Below are positions 40,601 through 52,100 of a DNA stretch of 64,000 nt, one piece after another. The first letter of the stretch is position 1. Every line of letters starts with the position of its first letter. The stretch covers positions 79,174,001 through 79,238,000 of the forward strand of contig OZ024745.1 of NCBI GenBank assembly GCA_964016885.1, given 5' to 3'. Below the pieces are notes generated by a model. The model made no database searches and was not told where the DNA came from. It worked only from the letters and a program-made list of their open reading frames with translations. This DNA is from Eledone cirrhosa. Lineage: Eukaryota. The translations under genes and the position numbers were made by a program.

Positions 40601-43067
40601 TTTCTTGCTTTAGCGAGCAGGAAAAATGGATGTTAAATGATGGTGATAATGTTTTATTCTATACTTGGGCAGTATTCTATGCTGGAGTTCCGGGTGTGCA
40701 TGAACAAAATAATTCACCTATTTCCTCACTGCCTCCTTCTCACTGCTTGAGATATGATTATATATAATTCATTGCCCATCATCATTATGATTGCAGTAAC
40801 ATTGTGAGGTTGACTGGTCAGATGACCACATTTTGCTCATACATTCTGTTTTTAGCCTGTTTTTTTTTATGGTTGGATGCTCTTCCTAATGCCAACTACT
40901 TTACATCATGTACTGGGAACATTTTTCATGGCACCATTTCTAGCTCTCTTACAAGAGTAGAACAACAACAACAGCTTCATTGTTAGATTGTTATTTATGG
41001 AGACAGAACTTAGTTGATAATATAACCAAAACAGAAAGAGAACAAAATAACTGGACCCCCTCAAGCTCTACTGATATCACTTCCATTCTCTTTTCTCCCT
41101 TCTGTGCATGTGATGTATATTTACACATCATATGACATCCCTAGTTCATCTTAGTTGTTGAAAATAAATACTAGATCATCTAAAAGTATTCGACCTATCC
41201 AGAATTAAATTAATCTTTCATTAGCATAACACCAGGAAACTACAAGTAAATACTAGTTCTTAAAAGCTTTTGCTTCCTTTCAAACTGTGAGAATAGTTAC
41301 ATTTCTTTACATTCACAACTTACCATAAATACCAAGAAGTTAAATTATGTGTAACAAAATAAAAAAAAGTATTTTAAAAGAGCCATAAAACTTTTTAACC
41401 TGATCAGCACTTGGTAGAAAAAAATGTCTGAATAGTTTCCCATGTTTTATTTTAGATTAAACAAAGCCATATTGTGATTTTAACATTAAACAATTTAAAT
41501 AATCTTTTTAATAGACTTTGTCTGAAATATTATCAAAGATTTGGTCCCAGCAGTGATAAAAAGATAAAAAAGACTGAATCTACTCTATGCTTAGAGATTT
41601 TAAGAGTTATTGTACAGCTTTTGTTTGACTCAACCGCTCCTGACACTCATAAAAAATGGTTTTCTCTGTTGTGTAAGTAGCATTTTATTTTAAACTATTA
41701 AACAGTTCAAGTAATATTGTTATGAATACAATTTGCAATATCTGAAATTATGACTTGTTACCACCTATATATGTGTAGATGGCAAATGTAAAATCACTTA
41801 CCTTGTCAGCTCCGCCCTAACATCACTGTTGTCTAGCTGTGTAATCCATGAACCCTATTCACCCAAACTCTGGCCCTAAATTCTGGGTTTCACATGAACC
41901 CACATTTGTTAACTACTGATGGCCAGGAGAAAAAAGATCCTATTATTTTGCCCTTCTACTTGCATGACAGTTCCCCCTCCTGTCACTTCTGTTATGCCAT
42001 CCAGCATGCCTTCCATCCAACACCCATTTTGTCACTTCCAGTATGATACTTGTTACTCCTTCCACTCACATCATATTGCCCCTCCTGTTACTTCCAGTAG
42101 AACACCCATCACCCCACAAATAGTAAGTGTATGCATGGGCATGCATAAATGTAATCATGCATGTATATATCCATCCCAAAGACTAGCTTTATTCTTCAGG
42201 ACCAGAAAAATAATGCAGTTCTTATGAATTGCTGTTTACAAGTCTCATGTAAAAGCCACAATGGAATACTGCTTCCACATCTGAAACAATGCTGCTGCTG
42301 CTACACATACAGCATCATCCCAAAGAAAGCCATTTAACTGATTGACAAAGACTTGTTCAGCAACATACCACACTCTGTTCTACAAATGCATTATCTCCTC
42401 ATTTTGTTTATTTTACTGCTACTACAATTGTCTCTACTCCTCCAAATCATCTAGTTATATACCACATCCACCTAGGCCCACCTAACATGCTACACTCTGT
42501 TCTACACCTCTAGTGACCCAATTTGGGTCTCACCATTCTGCCTCTGCACTAACCACCCAGTCTAATCCCATCTCTCCAATATGTCAACTCATTGGAACTT
42601 CTTCCCCATTCACATTTTTCCTGCAGACATCAATTTAGAAACTGTTTAGTTTGAACTAAACAATTTCACCAGTGTCCCAGAGCCTTTGAAGGCCATAGGC
42701 TGTTTCCTCCTGGTTAAGTGGTGGAGATTTCCAGCATTCTTGGGCCCTGTACCACCTCCTTACTCACTGCTATCAGGGCAGAGGTAGCCACCTGTAGGAA
42801 TAAGCCTCCCGATTTGGAATGGCTATTACAGTGTGTCTCCTTCTTCATCCTCTGAGGCAACACTTTTTCCATTCTGTCCACTGGGACCATGAGTTCACTT
42901 GCGCCTAGGGTTCTGCATGCCAGACAGCGTTCTCCTACATCATCTGGACTTGTATCATTGGAGTAATGATGTTTGAGTATTCTCTCTCTCTCTCTCATAC
43001 ATACACACACACACCATCATCATCATCATTTCCGTTTACCGTCAATTTTTCCACGCTTGCATGGGTT

Positions 43068-43101
<34 letters not shown>

Positions 43102-46100
43102 CTTCCCGAAATACGCCAAAACTACATCTGATGTACCCCTTCCATACACATGCACACATGTGTATATCATGACTCATGCACTGTCCATTTTCCTGACGTT
43201 TGTACATTACCCTATGTACTATACATACACTTTTTGATGAGTTGTAGTGCACCTGAGCACTGTACACAATATTTCATTATTATTATTATTATATAGTTCA
43301 AGGAAACAACAAAACAGAGATACAAAAAGTCTTATTAATTTCATGCTTCATATGGAAAAGGGGAAAGAAAGTTTGACTTGTCGGACTTTAGCCTTTCTTC
43401 AGGAGTTCAAAAAATAGAGATAGGATCACAAAGGATAGACACAGAAAATAAAAGGTAGTATATATATTAATCAAAAGTGAAATGAAACTCATTCTTTGGC
43501 AGGTAGTTCAGTAGATGCACCCATAAAATTGTTTCCATGAATGCTTATACTGGTGTGAACATTCAATGAGAATATCTGATGAGTACTGCATGAAAAAATT
43601 GTATGAGAGAGAGTAGCTGAGGCACGGGAGATGTGGCAAAGTAGTATTAAAGTAATGTCCCATCTTGGGATACTGAGCCTCATAGATGAAATGATGGAAG
43701 ATTAAGTTGATTGGTGATATGCTGTACAATAGTTGTCTATTCCATTCCAGTTTGCAACAGATATTAAAATATTGATGACAATATTTTTCTCCATTCTAAC
43801 ACCATGTTATTTCTCTTCTTCCTGCTTCACCATTTCTCTGCAGTAAAAGACAGCAATTCCACACAGGCTTCAGAGTCCCAAATGTCTAGTAAACAGAGCA
43901 TTTTGGAAAAACATACAAAACTCATTCAGGTTTGTAGCCAGTTTATTTGTTTTTCCTATCTTTCTTCTTTTCAGTTTATCTTTGTTTTGTTTCTTTTTGT
44001 CCTGGAAATTCAAGCAAATACAAGTTAGAGAAGACTTTTCGCCGTGCAAAATACATTTGCACTGACATAGGACTTATTAAATAACGTATACAAGGTAACC
44101 AGAAATAACTCCTAAATGTGATAACAGATCCCAGCCTGGATGGTAGAAGCTGACTAAATTAAATTGGTTTGATAATCAGTACATTATTTCTGAGTGTATT
44201 ATTCTTCACTGAAGGCAAAACATAAGATCAAGATATGTGTATTGTTTTTAACTGCAAACTTGCCCAGCTTGTACCAGCTCAGTAAATAAATTGTATGTAA
44301 AATTATTGAATGTATCGTGGTTCAGTGTTCGCCAACCTTTCAGACCTCACAGACCACTAAATTCATAATTTTAAATCCCGCAGACCACTAATATGAATTA
44401 ATGGTCAATGGTTGAAACAATACTGAAGCATACGTGTGTCATATTGTCAATAGATGATACATATGTGTAAAATTCTTTCATGGATGTTAGTTCTTTACTA
44501 AGGAGAAACATTTTTTGTGGAGTTATAAAGTATATTTTAACCAAATGTTATTTTTGTTAATAAAACATAAAAATTGTAAATAATGTCCACATTTTTCTGC
44601 GAACCACCAACATTTTCTTTTGGACCACCAGTTAGTGACCACTGTTGTGGTTGATGGTAATAATATTTACATAGTTTATTGCTGTTGTATCATCAAGTGA
44701 TTGTCTCAGACATTTGTTTGGATATCCATTTGATTTCTATATGATAGAAAGGAAGTATGGGGCTATAATTGTTTGAGCATCACACAAAATATCTACCAGT
44801 TTTTATTTGCAGCTCTTTAAATTCAGAATTCAAACCTTGCTGTGTTTAAATTTACCTTTCATCCTTCCAGAGCTAATTTAATCAACTGGTATTGGTTTCT
44901 CTCAAGCTCTTCAAGCAAGAGACCAGCTGAGAGTTCCAAACAAATCTTCTTAGTGCTGCGTTTTGTTTTCAGGGCAGATATGGATGTAAAACTTCAACCA
45001 TTTCAGAATTGCTGTGTGGAGCAGTGACTCCACATATTACTAGCTTTGAAAGACAAAATGATTGGACAATAGCTGACACATACACACACAACTATATTTA
45101 ACAGGATATTTGATACATCTGTCATTATTTTCAATGACAAATTCAAAGTATAATTGAAAGATGGTGTTAGCCATATCAGAGAGTAAACTTATATGTCACC
45201 TTAGTGGAGGCTACACCTCACCAATGACTTGGTGAGGTGTAGCCTTCACTAAGGTGGGTTGTTCATGACATCCTACCAGTGTCCAACAGCAAGTGTACAA
45301 GATTTGGAAACATGTTGAGAGGATCCTTCAAATTTCTGTGATGTGTGCAATGTGATGTTACATGGTAGTAAGACATAGGCTGTGAAGACTTGAGAGAAGT
45401 GAAGTGAGCATGCTTTGATGGATATGCAAAGTTAATGTGCGTGAACGACAAAACATGGATACTGAGAGAGAAACTAAATATAAGAGGAATCAGATGTCGT
45501 ATGCAAGAGAGAAGACTGTGCTAGTATTGACATATAATGTGCATGGATGATGATCATTAAGAAATCCCAGCAGAAAAAAACTGCAGTAGAGGAAGACCTG
45601 GAGAGCTGAAGCTCACAAAGGAGATGGCGATGGACTGCAACAGGTATAAGGATGCTGTCCTGGAAAAGAAATGTCCAACCCATGTGAGAATGGAAAAGCA
45701 GGCGTGATGATGTTGCTGCTCTCCATTTTATAAATAATATACTTATTACATTTAACTGTCTAGATCATCATCACAATAAAATGTGTAGCTCTGCTCTTTT
45801 GCTATCATACAACAACAGTCTTACGGGCAACATTTCCCAGATGATTTGGTGCCTATTTACTTTTGCTGAATAGAATAAAGTATTTTGCACAGAAAAATAA
45901 GGAAATCTTGGCAGCTTGGTCTTGCCAAGGAGATAACAACCCCTCTAGTGTTGGTACCACAATAAAATGCATCTAGTACAATGTAAAGTGGTTGATATTA
46001 GGAAGATAATCCAGCTGTTAAATCCATGCCAAAAAGGGAACATATAAGTGTGACCTGTCCATAAGGGCCATGACTCGGCATAAGAATTGACTTGAACTGT

Positions 46101-49100
46101 CCAACCAGTGCTATCATGGAAAGCAGATGTAAAATGATAGTGATAATGATGATAACTCATGAGCATGTAGTTCATTTACTTTATTCACTCAGCTATATTG
46201 CCTCTACAATGTCTTAAGGGACCTTATCTAAAAAAGGAAAAAAATAGAAAGGCCTTTATAAATCTATTAAAATTGCTCTCTATAACTTTCTTATTATTTC
46301 TATAGAGACTGGCTGTTAATATTCTCACGTCTGACAAGGAAACCAAGAACATTGTTGAACTGAACATTTTGCTGGAAATTCTTGGCCTCTTATGTGAGCA
46401 CCTAAATCCAGGACAACTTTATGATGAAATATTACATTGGATTGATGATGTTGCTAAATCAAATGGAATTGGTAAGAAAATAATGTTGTTGTTCTTTAAT
46501 TCCAAATCAACTCTGGTTGAGCAGACCTATGTATGATCAAAGGCCTTCCAAACATGACCATCTTGTCTTTTTGTTTTTAAACAAATCCAATGTCTTCTTT
46601 TTTTAAAGATTGTGGGATTTGAAGCAGATTTGACTGCCATTTCTTTCGTTTTGAATGACCAGGTAGAGGCTCTCTCTTTGTCACAAATTGTTTTCCTAAA
46701 TTATTTATATTAGGGTTCACTTATAATTTTCAAAAAGCAGTATATAATGATTTCTGAGTCAGAACTGTGTCTTATATATAACTATGATTATCAGTTGCCT
46801 CAACTTGATTAAGCCAAAGCCAACCACAAACCCAAGCAAACGTAAACTATACACTTACAATCAACCCCAAACATTACATCCAGTCCACTCAAGGAATAGC
46901 TAAACCATGCATGTCCTTCTAACTCTGTCCCCACATCCTGGTAACAAACCACCAACCTGTACTAATTACTGGTGTTGAGATGACAGACATAATCAGGCAA
47001 CAGTGATATATATTTGTAAGGTAAATGATAGTATAGGTAATTAATCTTACGAATAATTATTTTATTGTTTCTACTTATTGATGACTAAAAAGTAAAGTTG
47101 GATTCAATAAGATTAAGATTTTTTAAAACTCCTAGCTGTGAGGTATCCCTATAACATATCTAATTTAGCTCTTTACCGTCTACACTATTTTCACTTTTGA
47201 CTCTATGTGTGTTTATGTGTAGGGTTATTTCTATTTATTTTCTCTAGATGCAGATACAAATGTAGCTTCTAAAGTTCTTGGTTTGTTGATGAAGATGTCA
47301 AAGAATGTGCGAAACCCAGTTGGGATGTTAAAGAAAATATCAAGAGACCTCCATAGTAAGCTTGGAGACATTGACAAGGTAAACAAAACTTATATGATTT
47401 ATATACAAATTGTAAAGTGGTTGTGTTAGTACCACAATAAAATGTACCCAACCCATAATGTAAAGTACTTGTGCTGGTGCCATAATAAAATGCACCCAGT
47501 CTACCCTGTCAGATAGTAGTGGTGGTGCTGTGAGAAAATAAACCTGGTACACACCATGAAGTGGGTAGCATTAGGAAAAGCATCCAGCTATAGAAAGCAT
47601 CCCAAAATGGGATATATGAGCAAGACAGACATCTAACTTGTCTGTCTAGCCACAAAACATGACAACCCGTCTAACTCATGCAAGCATGGAAAATTGATGT
47701 AAAACAGTGATGATGATAGCAGTGCACTTGATCTATATGAATAATATATGCAGATAACTGTAGCAAGAGTTGCCTCCCTTGTCATGATAATCTCATCACC
47801 ACTCTCTAGACAGGAAGTAGCTGGAGTTGCTTCCCTTTGGGATTGACAGACTCCCTGTTGGTCACTTCCGGTCACCTCCTATAAAAGGAACAGGTCACCA
47901 CGATATCTCTCTCTTGCCTCCTGATTTCTGAAGTGGTAACACCTGCGACCTTAGCTTGTGATGATTCCTTCTTGATAATCCTTTGCTACCAAGAACAATG
48001 CAACTTGCAGCCTGAGAGCCTAAGATGTCAATATCAGCTAGAAAAGATCTCTTCTTTTCTCTACCAACTTCAGCCTCGAGTTATGACCATCGGGTAACAA
48101 ATCCTTAATATTTAATACCTTTGACTTCCATGAAGTAAAAACATTATTATAACACACACACCGGTATTTACTGTCTTTTTTATGTTATATGTACACCGAT
48201 ACTCATCTCCTAAAGTGGTGACCCCCGACCTGATTTTAAAAAAAAAAAAAAAAGAATGGGAAATGGTATACGGTGTATATAATATAAAAAATAAAAAAAG
48301 AAAGACAAGAAAAAGAGAAAAATATAACAATTTAATACAAAACGAACACCGACAATTATTGACACACAGACAAACAACAATTGTATAAATGTTTTTGCCT
48401 TTTTTTTCTCTCCTTTTCTGCCCTTCTCTTCTCTGGCTAAACATTTTTGAGGATGACAAGATGGAGTCTCTCTTCTCCATCAATAGTGTTTTTGGCGCGA
48501 AATGGTCCGCCATGTTGGATTTTTTTTTTTTTAGGTTCCTTGCCCTTACCTTAGTATAACAGCATTCACTTAATCGCTTGTTTACATATTGTCCTGGATG
48601 CATTATTTTTCCGGTCCAGTGGTCTGACGGAAAAATTTTGTTTTCCTTTTCTGTTACGTTAGAGACATTTTTCCAAACGGTAGATTGTCTGCGCTATACC
48701 AATGGCTTCCCACTCTGTTCTGCCAACGTACACGGGTGACGTGAGGCTATGGTTCTCACAGTTAGAAGCATTCTTCAGGGCGAACAGAGTTGACGAGGAA
48801 CTACAACATTCTGTGGTCCTTAGCACAATTCCACCGGCAATTCTCCCAGCGGTTAAGGACCTCGTGTTAGAGGCAACCACAGACTCGTCGTACACGTCTC
48901 TGAAGGCTGAAATACTCAGCCGGACAGAACAGTCTTCAGGAAAAAGATTTAGGGCTCTGGTCCAGCTGGAGCATATAGGGGATGGCACCCCATCGAACCT
49001 CCTTAGGCGAATGAAGGACCTAACGGAGGGGTCTGCAGCGGAAACTGTCCTGCTGAAGCAGTTCTTCTCGCGCCTGCCGACCAACGTACAGGCAATTTTG

Positions 49101-52100
49101 GCCCCCATGAGGGATACAAGCACAGTGGATCAGCTTGCTGCTTCTGCGGACAAAGTTTTCGAGGTGACGAATGCCGGAGGCAGCGACCCCCTTGCCGCTG
49201 TTTACCACCCAGCTCGGGCCACACACGGCCATGTGATCTATGCGGCAGCGCCAACAGACAGCTCGACCATTATAGCGATGCAAAGGTCCATTCAGGAGCT
49301 CACCATAGAGCTCCACAAGATGAAGGCCTTGTGTGGTGGCTGTTCGCGCCCCCGCAGTCGCGGGAGATCGCAAAGTTTTAGACAGCATTCTAAGTCACCA
49401 GCTTCATCTTTATGCTGGTACCACGAGCGATTTGCTGAGAACGCGAATCACTGCGTGCAACCTTGCTCCTGTCATAAGGCGGGAGACGCCTAAGAGGTCC
49501 TCTGATGGGGACAGTTGACCTCAACATAAAGCCACCAAACCGCCATTTCTTCATTAAGGACCTAATGTCCGGAAGAGGTTTCCTCATGGATACAGGAGCC
49601 TCCTGTAGTATTTGGCCAGTCCATTGCCTGAAAGATACCCCCATAGAGTCATCTGTTACGCTGCAGGCAGTTAACCACTCGTCTATAAAGACGTACGGAC
49701 AAATCTCGCTCCCTCTTAAATTCCTAAATCTTCGAAGGGATTTTAAGTGGATTTTTACGGTTGCCGATTTGCCATATCCCATCTTAGGAGCGGATTTCCT
49801 CCACAACTTCTCTTTAACTGTGGGCGTCCGTGGCCAACGCCTGGTGGATAACATCACCGGCTTTTCAATTGATGGCCAGGAAGCCAATGCTCCGATAGTC
49901 AGCCCCATGTTCTTTGTCTCTGCCGCTGGAGACGCCTACCATTCGTTGCTGGGTTCTTTCCCGGAGCTCACGGATGGAAATTTTCGAGTCACTGACCCAA
50001 CACACTCGACCGAACATTTCGTTTCCACCACTGGTGCCCCAGTGTTTTCACGTCCACGCCGCTTACCGACGGAAAAATTAAAGGCAGCACGGTCCGAGTT
50101 CGACCATATGCTGCAGCTGGGCATTATTCGCCCATCTACGAGTCCTTGGGCTTCACCGTTACACATGGTGCCCAAGACTTCCGGCGACTGGAGACCCACT
50201 GGGGATTATAGGAGGTTAAATGCCATGACCGTTCCGGATAGGTATCCCATTCCTCATCCCACGATTTCACATCTTCACTGCAGGGGTGTAAGATTTTTTC
50301 TAAGTTAGATTTAGTGCGAGCCTACCACCAAATTTCGGTTAGGAAGGAGGATATTCCGAAAACGGCGATTACAACCCCTTTCGGATCCTTCAAATTTTTA
50401 ACCATGCCTTTCGGACTCAGGAACGCCGCTAGCACTTTTCAGCGGTTCATAGACGAGGTCACGCGTGGTCTGGACTTCGTTTATGCTTACATAGACGATA
50501 TTCTCGTCGCTAGTTCCTCTCCGGAAGAGTATATGCGCCACATGCTTCTCTTACTTCGGCGACTTCAGGATTACCGCGTTCGCGTGAATCCTGCAAAGTG
50601 TGTTTTTGGTTCCACTTCCCTACATTTTTTAGGCCACCTCATCGACGCCGAAGGTATTAGGCCGCTCCCTCAGCGAGTTCAAGCCATACAGGAGTTACCT
50701 CCACCTACTACACTTCACCAGTTGCGTCACTTCTTAGGCCTAATCAATTTCTATAGGCGTTTCATTCCTCATTGTGTTAATTGGCTATCTTCCCTTACTG
50801 ACATTTAAAAAAATCGTTGTAAGAAGAATGAAGACATTTCCTTGATACAAGGACAGCTTCAAGACTTCCAGTCTGCCAAGACAGCACTCGCTAGTTCTTC
50901 TTTGCTAGCCCACCCGGTACCAGAGGCCAAGCTTTCGCTTTGTGTTGATGCATCTGATACCACTGTGGGAGCAGTTTTACAGCAGTCTTACGCTGAAAAC
51001 CAACAACCTTTGGCATTTTTCTCGAGGAAGTTGAAACCAGCAGAAACGCGTTATAGCACGTTTGGGCGGGAATTATTAGCCATATATCTGTCGGTGAAAC
51101 ATTTCTCTCATATTCTTGAGGGGAGAAATTTTACGGTTTTTACCGACCACAAACCGTTGACCTTCGCTTTGAGGGCTAAAGCCGACAGATATTCGCCCAG
51201 AGAGACAAGGCACCTGGACTACATTTCACAATTTACAAACGATATCCAGCACATTGCCGGCTTGCACAACATAGTTGCAGATGCATTGTCACGTTTGCCA
51301 ATCAGCTCCATCTCGTCATCCCAGGAGATCGACTTAGGTCGTTTAGCTGCAGACCAACCTGCACTCCAATCGTTGGACACTCTTTCTACTGAATTTGCGA
51401 CTTGCATTTTCAAATATCTGCCTTTGTCCACCACCGACAGGCAGATTCTATGTGATGTATCTACTGATGCACCACGACCACTTGTTCCTGAGACTCACCG
51501 TCGAATTGTGTTCCTGGCTTTGCACAACATTTCTCATCCAGGATCTACTGCCACAGTTAAACTCATAACAGCCAGATTCTTCTGGCCAAATATGAGGCGC
51601 GACATTGCTGCTTGGTGCCGTTCCTGTATCGCTTGCCAGAAATCGAAGATCCATAGACACATCCGGACTCCACTTGGTACTTTCAGTACTCCAGATGCTC
51701 GGTTCCAACACATCCACATTGACATCGTTGGACCTTGGCCTTTCAGCAGTGGATATTCTTACATATTGACGTGTGTCGATCGTTTTTCAAGGTGGCCTGA
51801 AGCCATCCCTTTACAAGACATGACTGCTGAGACTGTAGCACGTGCCCTGGTATCAGGGTGGATTACCCGCTTTGGGGTACCAACTACACTCACCACAGAT
51901 CGTGGTAGACAATTCGAGTCCCATCTCTTCTCTGAGCTCACAAAAATAATTGGAGCTCAACGGATTCGGACCACAGCCTATCATCCTGCTTCAAATGGAA
52001 TGGTGGAACGATTCCACCGCCAATTAAAGGCCGCTCTTCGCGCCTATCCAGACTCTCAACGTTGGAGCGAGTACCTTCCTATTGTGTTATTAGGAATTCG

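Noticed and set aside
43366-43408. Minimal hammerhead-like motif on the minus strand (CTGAAGA-AAGGCTAAAGTCC-GACA)
   Set aside because: GAAA is mutated and stem I cannot form; at most a decayed PLE remnant.
43576-43600. CTGATGA...GAAA spacing
   Set aside because: No convincing stems; expected by chance in AT-rich DNA.
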